Part shown: piece after piece, positions 7,688 through 16,504 of the stretch
How positions within the stretch are numbered: position 1 is the first letter of the stretch
How the letters are laid out: every line of letters begins with the position of its first letter
NCBI GenBank assembly: GCA_035390665.1
Contig: DAOOUC010000003.1
Coordinates: 1 to 32,000 of the forward strand
Length of the DNA stretch: 32,000 nt
Direction: 5' to 3'
Source: an archaeon
GTDB taxonomy: Archaea; Iainarchaeota; Iainarchaeia; Iainarchaeales; CSSED10-239
Made by a program: the position numbers and the translations under genes
Notes under the pieces: model-generated
Databases searched by the model: none
Told to the model about the DNA's origin: nothing
Seen by the model: only the letters and a program-made list of their open reading frames with translations

Positions 7688-10279
7688 TTATTTTCCAGCC
7701 CAAGCATAGGTATCTGCGAGATATCCGGTCATTGCAGTGACATAAGAGTCTCTACCATTCCAACTTTTAGAAACTGCAGAAAATGTTTTATTACGATATA
7801 AATTTGGACTATATGTGGTTCCTTTTGTTAAATTCAAGTATGTTGCTTCAATTCCTTGTTCAAGTGTTGGATATCTACAATAATTGCCGGTATCTACTCC
7901 ACCACACCTACATGCAGAAATTCCGCTTATATCGTTATTGTTTATCATTGTTGTGGTAACACTTGAAGAATTTTGATTAAACATTGATCTTTCTGCTTTA
8001 AAAAAGGAAAGAACAAATACTGGATCTATATCATATAACAATCCTAAATTATAAAATGCTGGTGAAGCATCTTTTACTTTTTGTGGTATATTTGTTCCAG
8101 ATCTATTAAATGCAGTTCTTATTTGAGCAATAGTTAAACTAGGATCATCATCTGTTCCTGTATTTGTTGTTGGTAAAACTATACTACTCATTGTTCTTTT
8201 ACCACTAAATTGTTGTTTTGTTATCCCAATTCCACCTTCTTGTCTTATTTTTGCTAAAGTAGTTGGATTACTTGTATAACAACCATCTGTTCCTTTTTCT
8301 AAAGTTGTTGATTGTGTTTGTGCAGGAGGATTTTCTATTGTTGGTGGTTGAACAACAGGTTGTGTTGGTGTTACTGGTTCTACAGCTTTTCCTGTTAATC
8401 CTTCAAAAATCTTAGGATCAAAATCCCATCTGCCGTATTTTAGACAACTTACTGTAGAATTACAATTATGTCCTTTACAATAGAAATTTACAATATTTCT
8501 ATTAATTATACAAAAATTATATTGAGATAATTCTTTATTATCTAAAACATATAAATTAGCATAAGATAAATTTACTTTAGAATTATCTTCTGATTTTTGC
8601 ATAAGAATAATTACTAAATTATTTTTTGTGTTTTGACTCTTAATATTTAGTTTTATATTTTTATTATTATTGTTTAATATATATTTTAATTGCTTAAAAC
8701 CTGTAAATGTGCCATCTATGTTAAATATATTTGTTGTTTGATCAACATAATTATTACTAAAAACACCTGTTTGATATATGTTTTGTAATTCTGTGTCTAT
8801 TTCTGTTTTCTTATCTGTTGTTGCAATTATAGCATAAACTGTTCCTTCTCTAAACATACTTAAATCAATACTTAAACTCTTATCTTGAGTTTTATTATTT
8901 AATAAGAACTCTTTTGGAATATCCATTTTATTAACCATATACCAATTAGTATTATTTAATGAAAAATTAATATCTGAAATATTTTTTTCAATATCATTAA
9001 CGATATTTAATGTTGCTACCGGAGTTGAAGATGTTTGAGTACTAGAATCTGTTGTTTGAGTAATAGATGAACAAACAGTTAATTTAAACTGTTCGGAATT
9101 ATTTTCAAAAGCAATAATATCTGAAATAATTACTGCATCATTAATAATAGAACAAGATTGATATTTAGGAATGGATCCTTCAATTACACATTTGAATTTT
9201 TTATTAGGATATAATTCATAAGTTATATTATAATCTGATGAACACTCAGATGCAGCAACTTGTTGAGATTCAGAACCTCCTCCAGTATCTGTATTTTGTG
9301 CTGAAGTTGTTCCTGAGCCACTGTTTGTGTTTGTTGTTCCAGCATTAGGACAGATTTCTCTTTTTAAATCAGGATAATTTGTTAAATTTAAAGTAAATCC
9401 TGATTTTTGACCATTAAATGGATTACATCTATCTGCCATTGCACCAGAATCATTACACTTATAACAAACTTGCCCTTTACTTAATGATTGACCACCTACT
9501 GTTACAGCAGATGTTGGATAAGTTGTAGATTTAGTGTATCCTGAACATTTTGTAGAACAATCTACTGGATTTGCTGCTGCATTATTGCCTGAAACAGGAA
9601 CATCATATGCGTAATCTAAATTATAAATCCAATTATTTGAACTTATTAAAGGTATAGATGTATATCCACTTGGGGCCAAATCTGTTTGAAACCAAGTATC
9701 TAATTTCCCATTTATTAATTTACAACTAAATGTATCATCTTGACTACCTTGCAGAAACATTCCACTCAATTGCTGTGGTTTAAATATTACGACATCTATT
9801 TTTGGACTATTACAAATTGAGGGTTTACTTATAAACAATTTAATTGTTTTAGAATTTGGTGTTGAAGGAGAATATGCCATAATTGTATCGGTACCTACGT
9901 CAACACCTTTTCCTGCTTTCCCTGCTCCCCCCGCATATATTGCATCCATATAATATAGTCCAGATCTATATAAATCTCGATTAGTAACAATATTCGCTGC
10001 AGGACTTGGAGAAATTAAAACACCCATACCGAAGGATTTATCTGTAGTATAGGTATAAGAATTAGTAGTAATTAAAATTACCCCACAAACACCTCTTTCT
10101 GTAACTTCTGGATATTTACTTGCTTTTAAATCTAATATTTTTATATCTCTTACATCTGTTCTACAAACTGGATTTTTTGTTATTGTGGATTTAATACCTG
10201 TAATAGCAAAAACACCATTGCTTATAAAAAGTACACAAATTAATATTATAAAAATTGAAATTAGATTTTTTTTGTTCAT
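7688..10279 (-). CDS. Large secreted Cys-containing protein with C-terminal glucosaminidase/lysozyme-like domain
   Basis: Signal peptide-like N-terminus (MNKKNLISIFIILICVLFISNGVFA). C-terminus ...LGLLYDIDPVFVLSFFKAERSMF...GISACRCGGVDTGNYCRYPTLEQGIEATYLNLTKG... matches the architecture of GH73-like glucosaminidase domains by eye. Confidence 0.6.
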   Translation of the reverse strand: MNKKNLISIFIILICVLFISNGVFAITGIKSTITKNPVCRTDVRDIKILDLKASKYPEVTERGVCGVILITTNSYTYTTDKSFGMGVLISPSPAANIVTNRDLYRSGLYYMDAIYAGGAGKAGKGVDVGTDTIMAYSPSTPNSKTIKLFISKPSICNSPKIDVVIFKPQQLSGMFLQGSQDDTFSCKLINGKLDTWFQTDLAPSGYTSIPLISSNNWIYNLDYAYDVPVSGNNAAANPVDCSTKCSGYTKSTTYPTSAVTVGGQSLSKGQVCYKCNDSGAMADRCNPFNGQKSGFTLNLTNYPDLKREICPNAGTTNTNSGSGTTSAQNTDTGGGSESQQVAASECSSDYNITYELYPNKKFKCVIEGSIPKYQSCSIINDAVIISDIIAFENNSEQFKLTVCSSITQTTDSSTQTSSTPVATLNIVNDIEKNISDINFSLNNTNWYMVNKMDIPKEFLLNNKTQDKSLSIDLSMFREGTVYAIIATTDKKTEIDTELQNIYQTGVFSNNYVDQTTNIFNIDGTFTGFKQLKYILNNNNKNIKLNIKSQNTKNNLVIILMQKSEDNSKVNLSYANLYVLDNKELSQYNFCIINRNIVNFYCKGHNCNSTVSCLKYGRWDFDPKIFEGLTGKAVEPVTPTQPVVQPPTIENPPAQTQSTTLEKGTDGCYTSNPTTLAKIRQEGGIGITKQQFSGKRTMSSIVLPTTNTGTDDDPSLTIAQIRTAFNRSGTNIPQKVKDASPAFYNLGLLYDIDPVFVLSFFKAERSMFNQNSSSVTTTMINNNDISGISACRCGGVDTGNYCRYPTLEQGIEATYLNLTKGTTYSPNLYRNKTFSAVSKSWNGRDSYVTAMTGYLADTYAWAGK

Positions 10280-10454
10280 TTCTTATCTTTCCTTTATTTT
10301 TTACGAAGTTATAACTTATTTTAGTTAATCTATATTTTGTCTATAAATTATTTATGTTGTTAAATATTTATAAATGTATTCTATACTTAATTATATATAA
10401 TATATTTAAATAACTTGCTTTTAAGCTTGCTTTTTATAACGGGGTGAAAAAACT

Positions 10455-11417
10455 ATGATTGAAATTCTAAAATTTTCTGAACAGGGCTTGCAAAGACATG
10501 AAAGGCCAACTAAAGATGCATGGATTAATGTAGTTAACCCCGATGCTTATGAGATTAAATATTTAGCAGAAATTTGTAAAGTTAAAGAAGTGGATTATCA
10601 AGAGTTTAAAGATGATATTAATTCACTTCAAGATATGGAAGAAATTCCTTTCATGGAAAAATATAGACAAGAGTATTTTATAATTACAAGAACGCCTCAT
10701 AAATTAAAATCTATAGATCCTGAAAGCAAGTATAAGTCTGCTGTTGAATATATTACTATTCCTTTAGGAATTATGATTAACAAAGATTATATAATTACAA
10801 TAAGCTTTAGAGAAAATGAAAATATAGATGTTTTAAAAACAAAGAAATTTAAACATGAAAAATCATTAGTTCTTTTAAGATTGTTACTTGTTTCTTCTAA
10901 AACCTATATTAAATATCTAAAAGAAATTGATGCAAAAATAAAAAGTATTGAAGAAAAGTTCGAAAGTGTTCAGAGGAATAAAGAAATTTCTGATCTTTTA
11001 GATCTTAAAAAATCTCTTGTGTATTTTAATACTTCTTTGAAAAGCGATCAAATACTTCTTGAAAAGATTGCAAGAAATAAAGATTTTGTTAATTCTGAAG
11101 ATGATAAAGATGTTATTGATGATGTAATTGATGAAAATAAACAAGCAATTGTTGTTACTGCAATCTATAAGAATATTATTGCAGATGCTACTGATCTTTT
11201 TAACTCTGTTACTTCAAATAATCTAAATAAAACTATGAAGTTATTAACTTCAATTACTGTTGTTATTGCAATCCCTACAATGATTGCTGGAATATATGGA
11301 ATGAATGTCCCTTTGCCTTTCGATAATCATCCTCATGCATTTCTTGTAATCATGGGAATAGTTATGCTATTTTCATTAATTGGAGTATTCTATCTTTGGA
11401 AGAATGACATGTTCTAG
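10455..11417 (+). CDS. corA: CorA-family divalent cation transporter
   Basis: C-terminal TM pair with the YGMNVP motif (IAGIYGMNVPLPFDNHPHAF...), preceded by a long helical cytoplasmic domain; RBS-like ggggtga upstream. Confidence 0.93.
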   Translation: MIEILKFSEQGLQRHERPTKDAWINVVNPDAYEIKYLAEICKVKEVDYQEFKDDINSLQDMEEIPFMEKYRQEYFIITRTPHKLKSIDPESKYKSAVEYITIPLGIMINKDYIITISFRENENIDVLKTKKFKHEKSLVLLRLLLVSSKTYIKYLKEIDAKIKSIEEKFESVQRNKEISDLLDLKKSLVYFNTSLKSDQILLEKIARNKDFVNSEDDKDVIDDVIDENKQAIVVTAIYKNIIADATDLFNSVTSNNLNKTMKLLTSITVVIAIPTMIAGIYGMNVPLPFDNHPHAFLVIMGIVMLFSLIGVFYLWKNDMF

Positions 11418-11436
11418 AGCCGGTTGCGGTCAGCTC
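11411..11436 (+). repeat. GC-rich direct repeat copy 1 (gttctagagccggttgcggtcagctc)
   Basis: Identical 26-mer recurs at 11459-11484. It contains the corA stop codon. Confidence 0.95.
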
Positions 11437-11458
11437 GCGCCCAGCCAAATAATGTATT

Positions 11459-11484
11459 GTTCTAGAGCCGGTTGCGGTCAGCTC
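11459..11484 (+). repeat. GC-rich direct repeat copy 2 (gttctagagccggttgcggtcagctc)
   Basis: Identical to 11411-11436, period 48 bp. Confidence 0.95.
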
Positions 11485-11491
11485 CCAAAAT

Positions 11492-12256
11492 TCACAATTT
11501 TTTTCCAGCTACAAAGAATATTGTCTTCTTTTCAAAAAGATTTAAAATTTCTGATTTTTCATTTCTTATATTTTTTTGACCGAGAATTTGGATATTATTA
11601 TTCTTAAACCATTTCTTTACTTCTTTTAATGTGTGATAACTTTCATATGGAACACAATATCTATCATAAAGTGTAGATTTTGGAGCATTATGAAATTTTT
11701 TTGTTCTATAAAGAAAAGAAATTATCTTATCTGGATCTTTAGAAACAAATGTGTGTAATAAAAATCTTTGAAAAAAATATCTTAAACGAGAATATTTGTG
11801 ATATAATCCTATAATAACAATGCCGTCACTTTTAAGTTGTCCAACAATTCGCGTAAATCCCTTTTTTGCATTTTCTGTGTGATGAAGAACACCAAGAGAA
11901 ACCACAATATCAAATTTGCCCAGATCTTCGAGATTGTCTTTTAAAATATCTTTTTCTTTAAAGATAACATTGTCTATTTTTTCTTTTTTTGCTTTTTTCT
12001 TAGCTTCTTCTAATTGACTTTTTGAAAAATCAATAGCAATAACTTCTTTTGCTCCTGCTTTTGCAAAAAAAATAGATTTTTCTCCGGTTCCGCAACCAGC
12101 ATCAAGTATTCTTTTACCAATTAAATCTTTTTCTTTCAATCCTGCTGTTTCAAGAATATTAAGTATAATTTTGTTATTGGTTCTAATTTGATTAGAAGTA
12201 TATTGATTTGCTTTTGGATATGGCTGTTTATTATAGAACTCTTTAACTTTTTCCAT
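11492..12256 (-). CDS. Class I SAM-dependent methyltransferase
   Basis: RILDAGCGTGEKSIFFAKAGAKEVIAIDFSKSQLEEAKKKA; DIVVSLGVLHHTENAKKGFTRIVGQLKSDGIVIIGLY. Confidence 0.88.
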   Translation of the reverse strand: MEKVKEFYNKQPYPKANQYTSNQIRTNNKIILNILETAGLKEKDLIGKRILDAGCGTGEKSIFFAKAGAKEVIAIDFSKSQLEEAKKKAKKEKIDNVIFKEKDILKDNLEDLGKFDIVVSLGVLHHTENAKKGFTRIVGQLKSDGIVIIGLYHKYSRLRYFFQRFLLHTFVSKDPDKIISFLYRTKKFHNAPKSTLYDRYCVPYESYHTLKEVKKWFKNNNIQILGQKNIRNEKSEILNLFEKKTIFFVAGKKL

Positions 12257-12258
12257 TT

Positions 12259-12933
12259 CTATTTCTTTCTTCTTAATTTAATTTTTGCTAGTAATGCAGA
12301 TAGAATTAATGCGGACTTAATTGCAACTCCTGCACCTGCACTAACACCTAATATTGTCCCATACATATTTGCTTCTCTTTGAATATATTGCAATTCTGGT
12401 GCTGGAATTGTTTTTATTATATTTTCTAATCTTTGAATTTGATTAGGTGTTAAATCTTTATATATATCTCCTAATGGCTTTTCTAAAAAATATTTTTCCC
12501 AAACTTGCCCACCTGCTTCTTGTAAAATTTTTTCAATTTCTTTTATTTGAGATTTATATTCTAGAATATTATAAATATTTCTCATTTTAATTGGATCCAA
12601 AGTAATTTTACTTATCTTTTGAGCATAACTATCCCAAAAATATATTTCTCCAAGTTTAGATTTTTCATTTAGTTTTCTTAAATTTGATTTAATTGTGACT
12701 TCTTTCCCTTTTGGATAAGATACATTAGATAAATGATTTCCATAAGCAGATGTTGTTAATCTATCTTTTTGAAAATCCATTACTGCCCCTTTAGTTATAT
12801 TTCCTGCAAATAAAGAAGCTCCAACAATTGTACCTGCTGCTGCAATCTTTATTTTTGTTTTTAATGATCTATTTGGATCGGCCTTTTTTTTTGGTTTTGA
12901 TTTTATAGTGGTTTTTGGTTTAAATATTCCCAT
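12259..12933 (-). CDS. Hypothetical membrane-associated protein with Lys-rich N-terminus and two hydrophobic segments
   Basis: Intact 224-codon ORF immediately upstream of the methyltransferase on the same strand; hydrophobic helices near N- and C-termini. Confidence 0.55.
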   Translation of the reverse strand: MGIFKPKTTIKSKPKKKADPNRSLKTKIKIAAAGTIVGASLFAGNITKGAVMDFQKDRLTTSAYGNHLSNVSYPKGKEVTIKSNLRKLNEKSKLGEIYFWDSYAQKISKITLDPIKMRNIYNILEYKSQIKEIEKILQEAGGQVWEKYFLEKPLGDIYKDLTPNQIQRLENIIKTIPAPELQYIQREANMYGTILGVSAGAGVAIKSALILSALLAKIKLRRKK

Positions 12934-13013
12934 AATTTTTCACAATTTTTATCTCTAATAAATAAAAGATTTAACAAAACACTTTATATTTCTTTTCTTT
13001 TTTAATTCTTTTT

Positions 13014-14510
13014 ATGTCAGAAACCGGTTTTAATAATGCAAAAAAAGATTTATTATCTTTACTTGAAGCTTCCTTAGCCATACGAACAAAAGATAAATCT
13101 AAAAAATATAGTTTGTTATTTAGTGGTGGAATTGATTCTTGCCTTATAGCAATGATTCTTAAAAAACAGAAAATAAACTTTACTTGTTTTTTTGCTTATG
13201 TTAAAGATAACACAGAAGCAAAAGATTTAATTTATGCAAAAAAAGCAGCAAAAGAACTTAATCTAAAACTTGACATTATTTCTGTAGACAAAAAAGAAAT
13301 ATCTAAAATTGTCCCCGAGATTATAAAAATTATTGATTCTGATAATCCAATTAAAGTTGGTGTGGCAATTCCAGGATATTTATCTTGTAAAAAAGCTAAA
13401 TCTAAAAAGACAGACATTATCTTTTCTGGACTTGGCTCTGATGAATTATTTGCAGGATATAGTAGATTTACACTAAAAAATCAAAAAAAAGAAACCAAAA
13501 AGTGTCTAGATAATATTTACAAAGATAATCTGTCAAGAGATGAAGCAATTGCAAAACATTTTAATCTATATGTAGATTGCCCATATCTTGATAAAAAAAT
13601 TGTAGATTATTCCTTACAATTAGATTCAAAATTTTTTATTTCAAAAGTTCAGAATAAAATAATTATTAGAGAAATTGCAAAAGATCTTGGATTATCTAAA
13701 GAATTAGCTGAAAGAAAAAAATTAGCTTGCCAATATGGAAGTAATAGTGACAGAATTCTTGAAAAGCTTGCAAAAGAAAATAAATTTAAAACTAAAACAG
13801 AATATCTGTCTTCTTTTTCAAAAGAAAAAATTGGTGCACTTTACTCTGGAGGTAAAGATTCTAATTTATCTTTATGGCTTGCATTCAAAGAAGGGAAAGA
13901 AATTTCTTGTTTAATTTCTTTAATTCCTGAAAATATTGATTCCTATATGTTTCAAACACCTGATATTAATTTCCTGAAATTACAAGCTCTTGCTTTAGAT
14001 ATTCCACTCCTTATTACAAAAACAAAAGGAGAAAAAGAGAAAGAACTCTCAGATTTAAAAAATGCAATTAAATTTGCTAAAGAAAAATACAATTTAACCG
14101 GGATTGTTGCTGGTGCTCTTTATAGTGTTTATCAAAAAGATAGAATTGAAAAGATTTGTAAAGATCTTAATCTAAAATTAATTGCACCACTTTGGCATAT
14201 GAAAGAAGAAGATGAAATTAAACTACTTTTAAAAAACAAATTTAAATTCATTATTTGCAAAATTGCAGCATATGGTTTTTCTGAAAAATTACTTGGAAAA
14301 GTTATTGATAATAAAGATTTAGGAGAATTAAAAAGATTAAATGAAAAATATAAAAGCAATATTGCAGGAGAAGGCGGAGAATATGAAACCCTTGTTCTTG
14401 ACTCTCCAATGTTTAAACAAAAAATATCCGTAATTGATCTTGAAAAAATAATGCAAAATGAGTTTACTGGGAATTTAATTATTAAAAAAGTAAAACTAGA
14501 GAAGAAATAG
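13014..14510 (+). CDS. Fusion of an asparagine-synthase-like PP-loop domain and a diphthine--ammonia ligase-like (Dph6/MJ0570 family) ATP-PPase
   Basis: N-terminal half: YSLLFSGGIDSCL and IFSGLGSDELFAGYSRF (Asn_synthase-like). C-terminal half: KIGALYSGGKDSNLSLWLA, GIVAGALYSVYQKDRIEKICKDLNLKLIAPLWH, AGEGGEYETLVLDSP (Dph6-like). Confidence 0.88.
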   Translation: MSETGFNNAKKDLLSLLEASLAIRTKDKSKKYSLLFSGGIDSCLIAMILKKQKINFTCFFAYVKDNTEAKDLIYAKKAAKELNLKLDIISVDKKEISKIVPEIIKIIDSDNPIKVGVAIPGYLSCKKAKSKKTDIIFSGLGSDELFAGYSRFTLKNQKKETKKCLDNIYKDNLSRDEAIAKHFNLYVDCPYLDKKIVDYSLQLDSKFFISKVQNKIIIREIAKDLGLSKELAERKKLACQYGSNSDRILEKLAKENKFKTKTEYLSSFSKEKIGALYSGGKDSNLSLWLAFKEGKEISCLISLIPENIDSYMFQTPDINFLKLQALALDIPLLITKTKGEKEKELSDLKNAIKFAKEKYNLTGIVAGALYSVYQKDRIEKICKDLNLKLIAPLWHMKEEDEIKLLLKNKFKFIICKIAAYGFSEKLLGKVIDNKDLGELKRLNEKYKSNIAGEGGEYETLVLDSPMFKQKISVIDLEKIMQNEFTGNLIIKKVKLEKK

Positions 14511-14570
14511 ATTTAAAATCTATTTGGATTCCTATTTAGTTATAGTTAAACACATAAAAAATGAAAAATT

Positions 14571-15377
14571 ATGCCTGCATTACTAGCACACATGCATTTG
14601 GTTAAAGACCTTATAAAGGAAAATCCAAAACTATTTAGTTCTGTAGATTATAAATATTTAATTCAGGGGGCTACATTTCCGGATATTTATTATATTACTG
14701 AATTAAAATCAATTACTAAAAAACCAAACTTCAGTAAATTCATACATGAAGCAGATAATGAATATGATTTTGCAAAAACATTATTAAGAAAATCTAAAAA
14801 TAAACAAGAAAGATTGTTTGCAATTGGATTTTTATCTCATATGATATTAGATAAAAATGTGCATAATTATCTTAAGAAAAAAGGAATTTATACTGATATT
14901 AAACATATGGTTTCAGAATATTATTTAGAAACAAAATTTCACAACAGTAAAATACCATTGCCAAGATTTCCAAGCACATTAATAAAAGAAAGCTTAAAGG
15001 ACTGCTATCCTAAAGATTATGACACATATAAAAATAAAATAAAAATATCTATTAGGTCTTTAATATTTTATGAATTTGCAAATACTTTTATAATTAAAAA
15101 GATAATTAACGGAAGATATAGAAAAGAAAATAACAAAACTAGATGGTCTTTATTAAATCTTCCATTTAAACTTGCTAGGCTTTCTAAATATAAAAAAATG
15201 GGTTATGATTATACTGCTTTATTAAACCCTGATATCACTATAAAAGAAAAATATCTTGAAGATATCTATAAAGAATATCAAAAATCTAAAAAAGAGCTAA
15301 TAAATACAATAATAGAAGAAGAATTAAATGTAGTAGATTATACAACCCATCAAACAGAAATAAGAGATTTTGTTTAA
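14571..15377 (+). CDS. Zinc-dependent phospholipase C-like protein (PF00882-type fold)
   Basis: Spaced His/Asp motifs: AHMHLVKD, GATFPDIYYIT, FIHEADNEYDF, AIGFLSHMILDKNVHNYL, MVSEYYLETKF. Confidence 0.65.
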   Translation: MPALLAHMHLVKDLIKENPKLFSSVDYKYLIQGATFPDIYYITELKSITKKPNFSKFIHEADNEYDFAKTLLRKSKNKQERLFAIGFLSHMILDKNVHNYLKKKGIYTDIKHMVSEYYLETKFHNSKIPLPRFPSTLIKESLKDCYPKDYDTYKNKIKISIRSLIFYEFANTFIIKKIINGRYRKENNKTRWSLLNLPFKLARLSKYKKMGYDYTALLNPDITIKEKYLEDIYKEYQKSKKELINTIIEEELNVVDYTTHQTEIRDFV

Positions 15378-15390
15378 TCTATAAATTTTA

Positions 15391-15624
15391 TTAATATTTA
15401 TTAAAAGGCGTACTTGATACAGAATAATCATCTAATTCTGTGTATTTCATTTGCAATTCTTTTAATTCTTTCTTTAGTTCTTCTATTTGTTTTTTATCTA
15501 ATTTAGATTCAGTCAATTGTTTTTTTATTTTAGATTGTAAATTTAAAATTTCTTTTTTTAATCCTTTAACTGTTCTTACTGCTGGCCTTTTTCTTAAAAT
15601 TGGTGATTTGTGTATTGTTACCAT
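15391..15624 (-). CDS. Small coiled-coil-rich hypothetical protein
   Basis: 77-codon ORF (KKEILNLQSKIKKQLTESKLDKKQIEELKKELKELQ). It starts one base below the stop of the next upstream ORF. Confidence 0.5.
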   Translation of the reverse strand: MVTIHKSPILRKRPAVRTVKGLKKEILNLQSKIKKQLTESKLDKKQIEELKKELKELQMKYTELDDYSVSSTPFNKY

Positions 15625-15975
15625 TTAAATCATATTAATATTTATTTTTTGTTCTGTCTTGTTATCTACGTAATTATAATCTCTTGAATGTTCCCCTACT
15701 CTTATTTTTATTGATTTTAAACCTGGATTTGACCCAATTGCAGGATATATAAAAAACTTTATTTCTTTACTTTGATTTGGTTCAAATTCTCCAAGTCTTT
15801 TATAATCTGTATTAATGGGTTTAACTTTATCAAAACTTAAATCTTCATCTAAAACAAGATCTATACTTAACATTTTCTTTGTTATTCCGTTTGTAAGTTT
15901 AATAAATAATTCTAATGGCTCTTTGCTTTTACTATCTAATCTATAGGGATATGTTCTTGTGCTTATTCCAATCAT
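15625..15975 (-). CDS. Hypothetical protein
   Basis: 116-codon ORF, adjacent and co-directional with 15391-15624. Confidence 0.5.
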   Translation of the reverse strand: MIGISTRTYPYRLDSKSKEPLELFIKLTNGITKKMLSIDLVLDEDLSFDKVKPINTDYKRLGEFEPNQSKEIKFFIYPAIGSNPGLKSIKIRVGEHSRDYNYVDNKTEQKININMI

Positions 15976-16021
15976 TTTTTATCACCATTTAAATTTATAA
16001 TAATACAATAAACAAAAGAAA

Positions 16022-16498
16022 TTATAAATCTTTTCTTGCGTGTTTTGTATTAAGTAAATAACCTTTAATTAATTTAATTCTTTCTAAATATTTATCTTTA
16101 TTATATAATTTATATGCAAAATCATAACAAGTAAGTAAATTTTCTAAAGTACTAATATTTACATTTGTATTTCCTAGTATTGTATCTCCATAGTCTTTAT
16201 TTTTTAAAAGAACATAAGATTGCTTATCAAAAGAGTTATCTACCCCAATAAATTCAATTTCTATATTATTTAGATTTAAATCTAAATAATTTTTTCCTTT
16301 TTTAGATACATTTATTTTAGGGTCATATATTTTTTTTAACTTTTTAAAATCTTTATAATTTACAATAAAATCAAGATCTTTTGTTTCATTTATTATTTTT
16401 TTAAAATAAAGGACCGTTCCTCCAGTTATAAAATAATCAATTTTGTGTCTATTTAATTCTTTGACAATTTCTATTACTGTTGGTTTTATTGATTTCAT
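16022..16498 (-). CDS. Nucleotidyltransferase-fold protein
   Basis: YFITGGTVLYFKKIINETKDLDFIVN resembles the hG[GS]..h...R.T.DhDh motif of minimal nucleotidyltransferases. Confidence 0.6.
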   Translation of the reverse strand: MKSIKPTVIEIVKELNRHKIDYFITGGTVLYFKKIINETKDLDFIVNYKDFKKLKKIYDPKINVSKKGKNYLDLNLNNIEIEFIGVDNSFDKQSYVLLKNKDYGDTILGNTNVNISTLENLLTCYDFAYKLYNKDKYLERIKLIKGYLLNTKHARKDL

Positions 16499-16504
16499 TT
16501 TTTC

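Noticed and set aside
11380-11607. Plus-strand ORF encoding CSRAGCGQL repeated peptides
   Set aside because: It overlaps the corA 3' end and the antisense of the methyltransferase. The peptide repetition simply reflects the duplicated GC-rich DNA element.
12188-12382. Plus-strand ORF 12188-12382
   Set aside because: Antisense across the junction of two well-supported minus-strand genes; no domain signal.
13232-14359. Minus-strand ORFs 13232-13417 and 14132-14359
   Set aside because: Antisense to the PP-loop fusion gene; no domain signal.
15440-15628. Plus-strand ORF 15440-15628
   Set aside because: Antisense to the small coiled-coil ORF 15391-15624; hydrophobic Phe/Leu composition is typical of the complement of Lys/Glu-rich coding sequence.
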